This document shows positions 1 to 11,364 of a stretch of 64,000 nt of DNA, in pieces. Position 1 is the stretch's first letter; every line of letters starts with the position of its first letter. The translations under genes and the position numbers were made by a program. The stretch is from an uncultured Planctomycetota bacterium (GTDB lineage: Bacteria > Planctomycetota > Planctomycetia > Isosphaerales > Isosphaeraceae): positions 2,016,001 to 2,080,000 of the forward strand of contig CAWGMQ010000010.1 of NCBI GenBank assembly GCA_963823665.1, given 5' to 3'. Under the pieces are notes generated by a model that searched no databases, had not been told where the DNA came from, and saw nothing but the letters and a program-made list of their open reading frames with translations.

Positions 1-141
1 GAGCAGCGGAGCGTTGGCAGTCACGAGGTTCTCGGCGGTAGCATGATGACATTGCGGAAAGGACACACCAGGCGGTGTGAAGCCGCATGATTCTAGCTGG
101 TTTGGTGTTTCCAGGACAACGGGTGTGAGAAACACGGCCGT

Positions 142-1398
142 TTAGAAGCCCATGCGCACGAACCTCATCATGGGCCGCTTCACCTGCGCCGCCACAATCC
201 CTTGATCCGTGACCGTGGTCTTGCCGATTGCTACCTGCTGCAAGGCTCGCAGTCCTTGCAGATGCAATAACCCCGCGTCGGTGATCGCCGTCCGCTCCAG
301 GAAAAGCAGTGTCAGTTGATCCAGGCCCGCCAGCTTTGCCAGACCCGCGTCGCTCGTCGCCGTACCGTCCAACCAGAGATTATACAGATTCGTGAGCCCG
401 GCGATGTGGGTCAGGCCCGCATCGGTGATCCGGGTGTCGTCGAGCGACAGATGGGTGACCGCCCCAAGATTGCTGATCGCGCCGAGCCCGGCGTCGCTGA
501 CCTTTGTCTTCGCCAGCGAGAGCTGCTGCATCAAAGTCAGGCCGCGAATCGGCGCAAGTCCGGGATCGTCGATCGGTGTCGAATCGAGATTCAACGATGT
601 TAATCCACGCAGATGTGCGATCGGGGCGAGATCGTCGACGCCGGTGTGGTGAAGGTTCAGCATTTGAAGGCGTGTCATTTCTCGTAATGAAATGAGCCCG
701 GCGGACGTGATCCGGGGCGAATGGATCTGAATTGTCTGCAAACGACGAAGCCCTTTCAGATTCACCAACCCCGCGTCGGTTAGCTCGGGGCTGATCGTTC
801 CCTGGGAAAGCCATTGCAGCTTGGTGAGGCCTGCCAGGTTGGTCAGGTCGGAGTCTGAAAGACGCGCATTGGGCAAATCCAGCCGCTCGAGCCGGGTGAG
901 CCGCTGCAAGTGCTGCAATCCGGCGCCGGTGGCTCCGCTGAAGCTGAGGTCCAGAATTCGCAGCTTTGTTAGACCTACCAGATGCGCCAAGCCGGCGTCA
1001 GTGACGTTTCGGCATCCGTTTAACTGGAGATCTTCCAGGCCGCCAAGCCGGCCCACGTGGGCCATGAGCGAGTCGTTCGTTCGATCGGCCCGCCCACCAA
1101 CGAGCACGACCTGCTTGACCTCGTAGAGGAAGTCCACCCCCAGGTTGTTGATGAGCCACGCGGGCCACTTGGGTTGGCCGCGCGGGTCCCACCGGCCGTC
1201 GCGCCATTGCCACGAGTAGACGACCCTGCCCCCCGCCTTGCCGATCGCCGCCACCGTATCGCGCTGAACGTGAGCCCTGCGCACGATCCAGCCGAATCCG
1301 CCGCCCAGCACGAGCACCAGCGCGATCAGCCCACGAATGCTGAACCTCAGGAAGCGCCGACGATGGCGAGACGCAGACGTTTGAATAGCGGCATGCAC
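142..1398 (-). CDS. Leucine-rich repeat protein (planctomycete internalin-like) with N-terminal TM anchor
   Basis: About 12 LxxLxLxxTxITDAGLxxL repeats after an RFSIRGLIALVLVLGGGFGW hydrophobic segment. Start uncertain; GTG near 1398 preferred over 1518. Confidence 0.9.
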   Translation of the reverse strand: MHAAIQTSASRHRRRFLRFSIRGLIALVLVLGGGFGWIVRRAHVQRDTVAAIGKAGGRVVYSWQWRDGRWDPRGQPKWPAWLINNLGVDFLYEVKQVVLVGGRADRTNDSLMAHVGRLGGLEDLQLNGCRNVTDAGLAHLVGLTKLRILDLSFSGATGAGLQHLQRLTRLERLDLPNARLSDSDLTNLAGLTKLQWLSQGTISPELTDAGLVNLKGLRRLQTIQIHSPRITSAGLISLREMTRLQMLNLHHTGVDDLAPIAHLRGLTSLNLDSTPIDDPGLAPIRGLTLMQQLSLAKTKVSDAGLGAISNLGAVTHLSLDDTRITDAGLTHIAGLTNLYNLWLDGTATSDAGLAKLAGLDQLTLLFLERTAITDAGLLHLQGLRALQQVAIGKTTVTDQGIVAAQVKRPMMRFVRMGF

Positions 1399-1453
1399 TT
1401 GCGACCGGCATCTCCAAACTGAGCAGAGCCAGGGCATACGATCCTGAAACTTT

Positions 1454-1476
1454 GTAGCAGGCACACTCCGTGTGCC
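1454..1476. repeat. GTAG-type REP-like palindrome
   Basis: GTAG-CA-GGCACAC-TCC-GTGTGCC: GTAG tetranucleotide followed by a 7-bp stem hairpin, in an intergenic gap. Confidence 0.5.
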
Positions 1477-1574
1477 GCCCGCAAACGCATCTGGTTCGCT
1501 GCACCCTCCCAAATCCACCGCAGATCGGCTAGCGTGGACCGCTCAATTTTCTCCATTGAGGCAGGCCCCTCGCA

Positions 1575-3408
1575 ATGCCAGAGCAATCCCTCGCCACTGA
1601 TCCAGCAGCCCGAAACTCGGCGCTCGCCGAAGACATTCGGCCCACCTACGAGCGCCGGCTCGCTGAGCGGAACCGCGAGCTGGAGCGATGCACGCGTCGC
1701 GACCGCAGAGTCGCCGACGCCCGGCTGGCCGCGTTTGTCGTGCTGGTCTTGCTCGGTTTTCTGGTCATTCGCGGCACAGGCATCCCGCTGTGGTGGCTGG
1801 TCCCACCTGGGGCGATCTTCATCGCGCTGATCCTGGTCCACGAGCCGGTCCGCCGCGCCGCCGACCGCGCCCGTCGCTCCGTGCAGTTTTACTCGAACGG
1901 CCTGGCTCGACTCGACGGCCGCTGGCCCGGCGCGGGCTCAACCGGGTTGTCGTATCTCAACGTGGATCACCCTTATGCCGCCGACCTCGACCTCTTCGGT
2001 GCCGGTTCGCTCTTTGAGAGGTTATGCACCGCGAGGACGCGATCGGGTGAGGACACGCTGGCCGCCTGGTTGCTCGCCCCCGCGAGCCCAGAGGAGGTCG
2101 CCGAGCGCCAAGAGGCCGTTCGTGAGCTGCGCCCGCAGCTCGACCTGCGCGAAGACCTCGAGCTGCTGGGCGTCGATGTTCGCCAGGCCATCGATCCGGC
2201 CGCGCTCGTTGAATTTGGAACCGCCAGGCGGGTCTTTTCGGGACTCTGGGTGCCTCTTGTCGCGTTTGTTCTCGGCGTGCTCGGGACCGCCACTCTCGTG
2301 GGCTGGCTCTTCTTCGAGTTCGACCTTGTGCCTTTTCTCCTCGTTCTCATTTGCGATGGTATCTTCGCCCGTGTGGTCTTCAGACGCGTAAGCACCGTGC
2401 TTTCGGCCGTCGAGCGCCGCACGGCCGACCTGATTCTTCTCTCCGAGATGTTGCATCGGCTGGAGACGCATCCGTTCGAGGCCGCGCGGCTGCGCCAGCT
2501 TGTAAAATCGCTGGAATCGGACGGGCACCCGGCGTCCACGCAGATCAAGCGGCTCGCCCGCCTTCTTCAGTTGCTCGATTGCCGGCGTAATCAGCTCTTC
2601 GCGCCCTTCGGCGCGTTGTGGCTTTGGACCACCCAGATCGCCGTGCGCATCGACGCCTGGCGCAGCGGGCCGGGGCCCCGGATCGTCAACTGGCTCGCCG
2701 CAATCGGAGAATTCGAGTCGCTCTGTGCGCTGGCGGCCTACACCGCGGAAAACCCGCAGGATGTGTTTCCGCAGATTGGTACAGGCCCGGCACAGGTGGA
2801 AGCTCTGGGAATCGGCCACCCGTTGATCGCGAGACGCGACTGCGTCTTCAACGACGTGACGCTCGGCAGCCGCACGCATGCCTTGATCGTCAGCGGCTCG
2901 AACATGTCGGGCAAGAGCACATTGTTGCGTACGGTGGGCATCAATACCGTGCTGGCGCTGGCCGGCGCCGGTGCGTGCCACGGCGCTCCGCCTCACGCCG
3001 ATGGCCGTGGGCGCCACTCTGCGAATTCAGGATTCGCTCCAGGCGGGGCGCTCGCGTTTCTACGCCGAGATCACCCGCGTGCGGCAATTAGTCGAGCTCT
3101 CGCGCGGCCGGCTTCCGCTTCTCTTCCTGTTCGACGAGCTATTCAACGGCACCAACTCGCACGACCGCTTCGTCGGAGCGGAGGGCGTCGTCAAGGGACT
3201 GCTCGCGCACGGCGCGATCGGCATGGTCACGACCCATGACCTTGCCTTGACCGAGTTCGGCGGCGGCGAGGATTCCGGGATCACCAACGTGCATTTTGCA
3301 GACCGACTCGTCGATGGGAAGATGATCTTCGATTACCGGATGCGGCCAGGGGTGGTGCAGCACAGCAATGCGCTGGCGCTCATGCGGGCGATTGGATTGG
3401 AGGTTTAG
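1575..3408 (+). CDS. MutS-related ATPase (MutS domain V with N-terminal TM helices), frameshifted near 2970
   Basis: Walker A SGSNMSGKST in the first frame; SRFYAEI, LFLFDELFNGTNS and TTHDL in the second frame (2971-3408). Confidence 0.88.
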
Positions 3409-4187
3409 AAATCAAACGTCCCGCGCGCCAGCTCTTCTTCCCAGGCGTCCATGAGCGGCCAGTCGACGGCGCAGGTGCCGAAGTCGGACATGTGGGTGTA
3501 CGATTCGAGCCGCGCGATGGTCGCCTCGATCAGCTTGTTGTTCTTCCGGAAGATGGGGCCGTGGGAGGGAAGAAGGTATTCCACGTCCGAGCCGAGGATC
3601 CGCTTCAGACTGGCGACGAATTCCACCAGGCTCGAGCCGTGGTGGGCGTCGATCACCCCGACGCAGCCGTCGCGGAAGATATTGTCGCCGGAGAAAAGCA
3701 AGTTGCCCATCCGCAGCGCGAGCTGGCCGTCGGTGTGGCCAGGCGTGCTCCAGACCTCCAGGCTTTTATCGCCGATTTGCAGGCGTTCTCCCTCGTTGAT
3801 GACGCGGTCGACCTTGCAGCGCGGCATTGGGATATGGATGTTCTGAGCGTCGATTCTCGCGTAGGTGAAAATCTCATCGCCTTCTTCGATTGCCCTGATG
3901 CTCTTGGGATGGGCGGCCACGTCGCACTTGAGCACGTCGCGTGCACGGGTGAGCCCCTGGGTGTGATCGACGTCCGCGTGGGTCGCGATGATCAGCTTGC
4001 ACGCGGAGAAGCTGAAATTCATCTGACGGATCAGCTCGAGCACGTCGCCCAGCTCGTCGAGGAAGCCCACGTCGATCAAGGCGTATTCCGAGCCCCCGTC
4101 GATGAGGTAGATATTCACCCCCATCCGGCGCTTCGCCTGGTAGTTCATCTCGATCACGCCAGGAAAGACGTACCGCCGTTCGATCAT
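3405..4187 (-). CDS. Metallo-beta-lactamase fold hydrolase
   Basis: THADVDH, TPGHT, FSGD and PSHG motifs. Confidence 0.9.
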   Translation of the reverse strand: MIERRYVFPGVIEMNYQAKRRMGVNIYLIDGGSEYALIDVGFLDELGDVLELIRQMNFSFSACKLIIATHADVDHTQGLTRARDVLKCDVAAHPKSIRAIEEGDEIFTYARIDAQNIHIPMPRCKVDRVINEGERLQIGDKSLEVWSTPGHTDGQLALRMGNLLFSGDNIFRDGCVGVIDAHHGSSLVEFVASLKRILGSDVEYLLPSHGPIFRKNNKLIEATIARLESYTHMSDFGTCAVDWPLMDAWEEELARGTFDF

Positions 4188-4279
4188 TCGAAATCAAGCT
4201 CCCGCGTGAGGACATGGCCGGCCTGAGAGGATTGTCGCCATTCTACGCGCTCCCCGCTCGAGGCTCAACGGCGCTGGAG

Positions 4280-4300
4280 AAAAGGTGTCTGACACCTTTT
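4280..4300. repeat. Perfect palindrome (REP-like) at the rhamnulokinase stop codon
   Basis: AAAAGGTGTC-T-GACACCTTTT: 10-bp inverted repeat with a 1-nt spacer. Confidence 0.6.
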
Positions 4301-5815
4301 TCAAACGCCCACGAGCGCATTGAATCTCTCCATGGCGACGTCCCATGCAGATGTGTCCCGGGGCTCGTAGACCGTTACGGGAAACGAGCGAGCCACCACG
4401 GCGCGCAAGTCCGAGACCGAGCCGAGCTGACCGCGGCCCAAGGCTTGCATCAGAATGTTGCCGATCGCCGTGGCTTCGGCTGGGCCCGCGTGAACCGGAC
4501 GCCCGCAGGCGTCGGCCGTGAACTGGCACAAGAGCGCGTTCTTGCTGCCGCCCCCGACCACGTGGATCGTCTTGAGACGCGTTCCGAGAATCGATTCGAG
4601 GCGATCCACACCCCAGCGATACTTGAGCGCGAGGCTTTCAAAACAGCAACGAACGATCGCCCCCTCATCCTTGGGCAGTGTCTGGCCCGTCCGCTCGCAA
4701 TAAGCCGATAGCCGTTTCGGCATGTGTCCGTGCGACAGAAAGGACGCGTCGTCGGGATCCACCAGGGCCGCAAACGCCGGTGCAGCCTGGGCCCGCGCGG
4801 TCAACTCGTCGTACGACAGCTCCCGACCCGCCGCCGCCCAGTTCCGGCGGCATTCCTGCACCAGCCAGAGGCCCATGATGTTCTTGAGCAACCGCGTCGT
4901 CCCGGCCACTCCACCTTCGTTCGTAAAGTTAAATTTCATTGTCTCGGCGGTGATCACCGGACGCGGAACTTCGACGCCCAGAAGGGACCAGGTTCCCGAG
5001 CTCAGATAACACCAGTCGGGGGCGGCCGGTGATGCAGCGAGATTTCTCGATCCAGCCACGGCCGGCACGGCCGCGACCGCGCTCGCGGTGTCATGCGTTG
5101 CGGGCACGATCACGTCGATCGCGCGCGAGATCCCCAATTCCTCTGCCACGGATGGTCGCAGCGCCCCCAGCGTCGTGCCGGCCTCGATCAGCTCGGGTAA
5201 GATCGCCCGCGGCAAGCCGAGTGCCGTACAGAGCTCATCCGACCACGCTCCTTTGCGAGCGTCGAGCAACTGCGTGGTTGACGCGTTTGTCCGCTCGCAG
5301 ACGCGGCGCCCGGTCAGGAGCCATCCGAACAAGTCCGGCATCAACAGGAGCGTTTCGCTCACCTCGAGCAGGGGCGACCGCGATGTCGCCAGTGCGAGAA
5401 GCTGGTAGACGGTGTTGAACGGCAAAAACTGCAAGCCGGAGATCTCATAGATTCGCTCGCGGGAAACTCGTTCGAAAGCGGCTTCAAGCATGCCGTTCGT
5501 GCGTGCGTCGCGATAATGCACGGGGTTGCCCAGGAGCGTGTCACCCCGCCCGACGAGGCCAAAATCGACACCCCACGTATCGACGCCGATGCCATCGAGC
5601 TGCCCGGCACCCGCGGCGCCTTTGCGAATCGCCGTCTTCGCCTCGTCAAGGAGCCGGGGTAAGTCCCAGTGGAGGGTGTCGAAAAGCCGCACGGGACCAT
5701 TGGGGAAACGGTGAACTTCCTCCATCTCCAGGAGCGTGCCATCGAACCGGCCCAGTAGCCCTCGGCCGCTCTCCGCCCCCAGGTCCAGCGCCAGATAGTT
5801 GCTCGTGGCCGCCAT
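4301..5815 (-). CDS. rhaB: Rhamnulokinase/fuculokinase (FGGY family)
   Basis: LALDLGAESGR, GVDTWGVDF, HYRDART, HDTASAV, SSGTWSLLG, FTNEGG and LKNIMGLW motifs. Confidence 0.9.
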   Translation of the reverse strand: MAATSNYLALDLGAESGRGLLGRFDGTLLEMEEVHRFPNGPVRLFDTLHWDLPRLLDEAKTAIRKGAAGAGQLDGIGVDTWGVDFGLVGRGDTLLGNPVHYRDARTNGMLEAAFERVSRERIYEISGLQFLPFNTVYQLLALATSRSPLLEVSETLLLMPDLFGWLLTGRRVCERTNASTTQLLDARKGAWSDELCTALGLPRAILPELIEAGTTLGALRPSVAEELGISRAIDVIVPATHDTASAVAAVPAVAGSRNLAASPAAPDWCYLSSGTWSLLGVEVPRPVITAETMKFNFTNEGGVAGTTRLLKNIMGLWLVQECRRNWAAAGRELSYDELTARAQAAPAFAALVDPDDASFLSHGHMPKRLSAYCERTGQTLPKDEGAIVRCCFESLALKYRWGVDRLESILGTRLKTIHVVGGGSKNALLCQFTADACGRPVHAGPAEATAIGNILMQALGRGQLGSVSDLRAVVARSFPVTVYEPRDTSAWDVAMERFNALVGV

Positions 5816-6171
5816 GGAGCTCGCCTCTCCCGCCGATTCCGAAGTCGATGTTATCTCACCCGTAACGACCGCTCATGATACGGACGTTCGCGCGGCCCAA
5901 CAAGCGCGCCGGCCATGAACGCGGCAGACCAATCCCGGCAAGCTAACTGGTAAACTCTTGCCAGGTGAATCCACATCCCGCGAATCCTGGCTCCCTGTCG
6001 GAACCAGCGGCGTAGACCGAGCGTCTAAAGGCATATGGGTGTCGCAAGCGGCGGTTGATGCCGGCTCGTCCACGGGGCTCGAACTGAACGGTATTGCACG
6101 TACTGGGCCCATCTCGCCGCGACCCGAAAGGTTGACAATTTCGGGCTCGCGGCGAGAGGCCGTCCAGCGAC

Positions 6172-6200
6172 TTGACAGACCTCGAATGGCGGGTTAACTT
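6172..6200 (+). promoter_or_regulatory. Putative sigma70 promoter
   Basis: TTGACA (6172-6177), 17 nt spacer, TAACTT (6195-6200), about 180 nt upstream of the gene at 6378. Confidence 0.5.
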
Positions 6201-6377
6201 GAACTGTGGCCATTTGATGGAAGTGCAAAGATCATCTTGAGATGAGTTAAGGCGGCACGCGACTGAACCGCCTTGTTCGGTTGTGCCCGCGATCAGGCAG
6301 GCACCTCGCCACGCGGCCCTTCGGGCATGCCGGCAGTGACTCTCCAGCTCCTGGTTTTTTTCACGAGGTTCCGCGAA

Positions 6378-8015
6378 ATGCGCATCGTGCTCGTCGGCTG
6401 TCTTGGCCTGGCGCTCGTGCTGTTGCCACCACGATCCTCGGTCGCGCAGGCTCCGGCCAAGAAGGAGGCACAAGCTCCGGCCGCGACCCCCAAAGACGAT
6501 CAGGATGACGCCGATCAGCCCAAGGCCAAGGCTGGCGCGGAGAAAGGGAAGGCAGGGCAGGATAACGGGGCACCGGATGACGAAGACGGCACGTCCAAGG
6601 CTCTACCGTACGACGTGTTCCGGGACGAGAAGGCCGAAAAGTTGACCGACATCGCGGGTTTTACGCATATCAAGAAGCCCAAGGTGACGCCGATCGAGAT
6701 CCAGGACTTGAACGGCATGGCCGGCCCGGGTGGGCAACCTGAAAGCAATCTGATGAACCGCGTTGTCGATGCCATGGTCTCGGAATTGACCGATCATGCG
6801 AACCTCCAGGCCGTGGTCGAGCCCTCACCGAAGACGAGTATCCAGGCAGACGTCAACAAAGCGATTAACGACGCCACGACCACGCTGCTCGAGCCGATCT
6901 TCCTGGCCCGCAGCAACAAGAATCTGGCCTTTCAGACCGCGTATAACCGAGTACTGAAAGCGAAGCTAACGCCGTTGCTGAAGAACCATCTGATTCCCAG
7001 GGTGCAGGCAATGATCGTCCTGGGCCAGGCCGCAAGTGGTGACTACTTCCCACTTTACGCCGAGCAGATCAAGGATCCCAACCAGACCGTATGGGTCAAG
7101 CTCTGGGCCTTCGAGGGTATTGCCAATGCGATTGAGGAAGGGAAGCCGCCTGCCGGCGACGTGATTGCCTCAACTGCCAAGGTCGTCGCTGATTTCCTCA
7201 CCAAAATGGAGGACGCGCCCTATCCCGTCCAGCTTCGTGCGCTCGAGGCGCTTCGCGCCTTGAAGCAGGGCTATGAACCCAGTCGACCCGAAAACGCGGC
7301 GATGGCCAGCGCGGCGATGAAATTCCTCGCCGATGGCGACAAAAAGTTCGAGTTGCGGTCCGAGGCCGCCCGGGCTCTCGGGCTCATGCAGATTCCGCCG
7401 AGCGTGCGCAAGTACAACTTTCCCCTGGTCGCTCATTCGGTCGGTGTGCTGGCTGCGGACCTGGGTGAGCAGATCAACGAGCTCATCCCCGAGCACCAGT
7501 TGAAATCGGCCGCTGGCAAGGCGGCAGCCGCACCCGACGTCAAGATGAAGCCGGTTGCCAAAGCGCCCGCGAAGCCCGCTGCGAAGCCCGCCGTGAAGGG
7601 ACTGAAGGCGGCGAAGGCGGAGTTAGCGGCCGCACCGCCTGCAAAAGACACGGCCAAGCGCCCGCAGTCGACCAATCCCATCAAGGCGCGATACTTGACC
7701 GCGCTTTTGATCGGTCCGGTCTATCAAGCGTTTGACGGCAATCCCGGCGCTCGCGGCGACGCAGGCGGGCTCCTGCGCAACTCCGGCGCCGAGGGAGGTG
7801 CCTACAGCCAGAAGGTGTTCGAGCTGGTGAAGCCGATCGCCAAGGCATCGATCGAGCTGATCACGTCCGGCTCTCGTCAGATCAATGACAAGAAGAAGGA
7901 ACTCCAGGCTCGGGTCGACGCGCTTCGCGACTTCCTCGAAAAGAATCCACCGCCGGACAGGAAACTGGTTCAGGGGGGCGAGGAATTTCCCGTGGCGCAA
8001 GTACTGGGCCGATGA
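6378..8015 (+). CDS. Secreted hypothetical protein with HEAT-like helical repeats
   Basis: Signal peptide MRIVLVGCLGLALVLLPPRSSVA, helical repeats (LRALEALRAL, RSEAARALG) and an Ala/Lys/Pro-rich linker. Confidence 0.7.
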   Translation: MRIVLVGCLGLALVLLPPRSSVAQAPAKKEAQAPAATPKDDQDDADQPKAKAGAEKGKAGQDNGAPDDEDGTSKALPYDVFRDEKAEKLTDIAGFTHIKKPKVTPIEIQDLNGMAGPGGQPESNLMNRVVDAMVSELTDHANLQAVVEPSPKTSIQADVNKAINDATTTLLEPIFLARSNKNLAFQTAYNRVLKAKLTPLLKNHLIPRVQAMIVLGQAASGDYFPLYAEQIKDPNQTVWVKLWAFEGIANAIEEGKPPAGDVIASTAKVVADFLTKMEDAPYPVQLRALEALRALKQGYEPSRPENAAMASAAMKFLADGDKKFELRSEAARALGLMQIPPSVRKYNFPLVAHSVGVLAADLGEQINELIPEHQLKSAAGKAAAAPDVKMKPVAKAPAKPAAKPAVKGLKAAKAELAAAPPAKDTAKRPQSTNPIKARYLTALLIGPVYQAFDGNPGARGDAGGLLRNSGAEGGAYSQKVFELVKPIAKASIELITSGSRQINDKKKELQARVDALRDFLEKNPPPDRKLVQGGEEFPVAQVLGR

Positions 8016-8480
8016 GAGCGGCCGTCGCGGAATCTCTGGCTTCGCGCCTCACTCGGGTGTTCACTCGCGCTCGGGTGCCTGGGCTGCCATGATGCCCTGG
8101 GCCCGGAGAAGATGATCACAACGACCGTGCAGGGAACTGTCACGCAGGCGGGCAAGCCGCTCTCGCGAGGCTGGGTCGAATTCATCCCCATTGACGGCAC
8201 CGTGGGCCGAATGCGTTCGGCACGCATCCAGAAGGATGGTTCCTTTCATGCCACGAAAGTCCCGGTGGGCTTCAACTTGATTCGTCTGGTCAACGCGGAC
8301 ATCGAGAATGACGAGCTGCGGCGCGGCCTGGGCTCGTTCGGTTCGCCGATCCGGCGCACGATTGCCGAGAAGCCAGGCGGTGACCGCGTTCTGATCGACG
8401 TCATCGACGAGTACAAGAAGGCCGCCACCGCCAAGCTGCGCAGCGGAGGCGGGCTCGCCGAGCCGAGGCCATCGCGATGA
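8012..8480 (+). CDS. Probable lipoprotein, carboxypeptidase-regulatory-like domain (likely indel just after the ATG at 8012)
   Basis: VQGTVTQAGKPLSRGWVEFIP...DGSFH pattern. The in-frame upstream LGCSLALGCLGC is lipobox-like but lacks an in-frame start; ATG 8012 overlaps the previous stop. Confidence 0.6.
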
Positions 8481-9538
8481 GCGGCGATGCCCACGCAGCG
8501 GAGGCGGGGCCCACCGTCGCGCTCTTGAGCGCTGGAACCGTTTTCAAGCTGGTTTACCGTGACGGCAAGGGCGTCTTCCATGCCGATTGGCCCCGAGATT
8601 CCATCGACGACGCGCTTGCCGACAGCGCCGGTCTGATCTGGGTCGATATCCTCGGGCCGGAGGAGCACGCCAGCCCTGCGCTAGAGGACTGGCTTTGCCG
8701 GCACTTTCAGTTCCATCACCTGGCCGTCGAAGACGCGCTGGCTGAGTCGCACATCGCCAAGGTCGACGACTGGGGAGAATACCTCTACATCGTCTTCCAC
8801 GTTGCCGGCTTCGAGCCCAACTCGGACAAGCTCGATCTCCACGAGCTCGATATTTTCCTCGGGCCCAACTACCTGGTCACGTACCACACCGCGCCGCTCG
8901 AGATTCTCGATCAGGATCGCAAGATCATCATGCGCGACCCCCGAGATCGCCTGCGCAACGGCGCAGACCATCTGCTCTATCGGTTCCTCGAGCTGGCGAT
9001 CGATCGGTCGCTGTTCGCGATCGAGCATCTCGACGAAAAGATCGATCAAATCCAGAACGCCGTGATCGAGAACGCGAGCACGCAGTCACTGCGGGCGATC
9101 TTTCGGCTCAAGCGTGCCGCCCTCTTGCTCCACAAGGCGCTCTCTCCCCAGCGCGAGGTGCTCACCCGGTTGGCCCGCGATCCGTTCAAGCCCGTCCAGG
9201 CGAAGCACCGCGTGTACTTTCGCGACCTCTACGACCACGTGGTGCGAATTCACGATATTTCCGAGAGCCTGCGCGATCTGATCGCAGGAGCGGTCGAGAC
9301 GTACCTCTCGGTCGTCTCCAACCGCACCAACGAGATCATGAAGGCGCTGACAATCGCCACGGTCATGTTCCTGCCGATGACGTTTCTGGTCGGCTTCTTC
9401 GGCATGAACTTTTTCGGCGACAACCTGGCTTTCACCAATCCGCTGCCCAAAGCCTTGCTCTTCTGGGGCAGCGCCGCGATCATGGCAGTATCGCCCTGTT
9501 TCATCTGGATTTATGCGCGGCGCCGCAAGTGGTTCTAG
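8477..9538 (+). CDS. corA: CorA family magnesium transporter
   Basis: HHLAVED, NEIMKALT, and FFGMNF (GMN signature) between two C-terminal TM helices. Confidence 0.92.
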   Translation: MSGDAHAAEAGPTVALLSAGTVFKLVYRDGKGVFHADWPRDSIDDALADSAGLIWVDILGPEEHASPALEDWLCRHFQFHHLAVEDALAESHIAKVDDWGEYLYIVFHVAGFEPNSDKLDLHELDIFLGPNYLVTYHTAPLEILDQDRKIIMRDPRDRLRNGADHLLYRFLELAIDRSLFAIEHLDEKIDQIQNAVIENASTQSLRAIFRLKRAALLLHKALSPQREVLTRLARDPFKPVQAKHRVYFRDLYDHVVRIHDISESLRDLIAGAVETYLSVVSNRTNEIMKALTIATVMFLPMTFLVGFFGMNFFGDNLAFTNPLPKALLFWGSAAIMAVSPCFIWIYARRRKWF

Positions 9539-9564
9539 AAGGCCCGCAGATCGGTCGCTTTTTT

Positions 9565-11333
9565 GTGACAGCCAGAGCCTTCCGACCCACCCGCTGGCGA
9601 CTCAAGCCGTTCGATGCCGGGCGCATCGAGAGCTTGAGTCGAAGCGCCCGGCTTTCGCCCCTGGTCGCGCAGTTGCTGATCAATCGCGGCATCGACGACC
9701 CGGCCCGGGCCACCGCATTCCTCGAAGCCAAGATGGGGGCTCTGCACGACCCGGAGCTTCTGCCGGGCGCCAGGCGGGCTGCGGAACGGATCGTGAGTGC
9801 CATTCACGAGCGCCGCAAAATCGTGATCTACGGCGACTACGATGTCGACGGTGTGTGTGGCACCAGCGTTCTCTGGGCGTGCCTTCGTCTGGCGGGCGCC
9901 ACGGAGCTCGATTATTACATTCCGCACCGTGTCGAGGAGGGCTACGGCGTCAACGCCGAGGCCCTGCGCCGGCTCACAACGGAGGAGAAGGCTTCACTGA
10001 TCGTGACGGTCGACTGCGGAATTTCCGCGGTCCAGGAGGCCGAGCTCGCGCGAAGCCTGGGGCTCGAGCTGATCATCACCGACCATCACACGCTGGGGCC
10101 GGAGCTTCCCGCAGCGGCCGAGATCGTTCACCCGCGTCTGCCCGGCAGCGCGTATCCCTCGGGTGATCTCTGCGGCGCGGGCGTCGCGTTCAAGCTGGCG
10201 TGGCAGGTCTGCAAGTCATTTGGCGACGGCAAGCGCGCATCTCCGCATATGCGCAACTTTCTGGTCGGCTCGCTTGGTCTGGTCGCGCTGGCGACGATCG
10301 CTGACGTTGTGCCTCTTTCTGATGAGAACCGAATCATCGTGCGACACGGCCTGGCAGCCATTTCCGCCGAGCCCAGCGCCGGCCTGCGTGCTCTCATGGA
10401 AATCAGCGGCTCACTGGGCAAGAAGCGTCTGACGGCGGGAATGGTCGGGTTCGGCATGGCGCCCGCATCAACGCGGCCGGCCGGCTCGAGCGCGCGATGA
10501 TGGCCGTGAAGCTGCTGACGACCGATGATCTTGAGCAGGCGCGAACGATCGCCTCGGTGCTCGATTCGTGCAACACGCGCCGCCAGGAAGTGGAGCGCCA
10601 GATCCTGGACGAAGCGCGGCGAATGATCGAGGACGAAGGGGGCCTGGGCGACCGGCGCTCGATCGTGCTGGCGCGCGAAGGCTGGCATGTCGGCGTGATT
10701 GGAATCGTCGCCGGCCGTCTGGCTGACATGTTTCATCGCCCCACGATCGTGATCTCGCTGGGTCCCGAGCAATCTCAAGGATCTGCGCGGTCCATTCCGG
10801 GTTTCGACGTGCATCAAGCAATCAAGGAGAGCTCCGAACATTTGCTCAATTTCGGCGGCCATCCGGCGGCGGCGGGGCTCAAGCTCAGGCAGGACCAGCT
10901 CGCGGATTTCACCCGCCGATTCGAGCAAAGCTGCCGCGCCACTCTCCAAGCGGAGCAGCTCGAGCGCGAGCTGGCGATCGATGCCGAGGTTCCCCTGGGC
11001 GCCTTGACGCTGCGCATCGTCGAGGAGATCGAGAAGCTCGAGCCGCACGGCATCGCCAATCCCCGGCCCATGCTTCTGGCCACCGGCCTTCAAATCGCCG
11101 CTGCACCAAGGGAAGTGGGTGCCCAGAGACAGCACTTGCAGCTCCGGTTGAAGCAAGGCCCGCACGAGCTGAAAGCCATCGGCTGGAACATGTCCGCAAA
11201 GGCAGGCTCCCTGCCCCCAGGCACGCGCTGCTCGGCGGTCTTCCACCCGACTATCAACGAATGGAACAATCGCCGCGACGTCCAGCTTGAAATCCGGGAT
11301 ATCGTGCCGGAGGAGGATGAATCTTTGTCCTAA
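9565..11333 (+). CDS. recJ: ssDNA-specific exonuclease RecJ, frameshifted near 10460
   Basis: YGDYDVDG, TVDCG, TDHH, ATIADVV; then INAAGR, WHVGVIGIVAG, GSARS and GGHPAAAG in the second frame. Confidence 0.93.
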
Positions 11334-11363
11334 TCCTAATCCTAATCCTACTATTACTCCTCC
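11328..11363. repeat. Short tandem repeat (TCCTAA)x3 plus degenerate units between convergent genes
   Basis: tcctaa tcctaa tcctaa tcctac tattac tcctcc. Confidence 0.75.
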
Positions 11364-11364
11364 C

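Noticed and set aside
11328..11363. TCCTAA run as a CRISPR or telomere-like element
   Set aside because: Only 3-4 units, no spacers and no cas genes.
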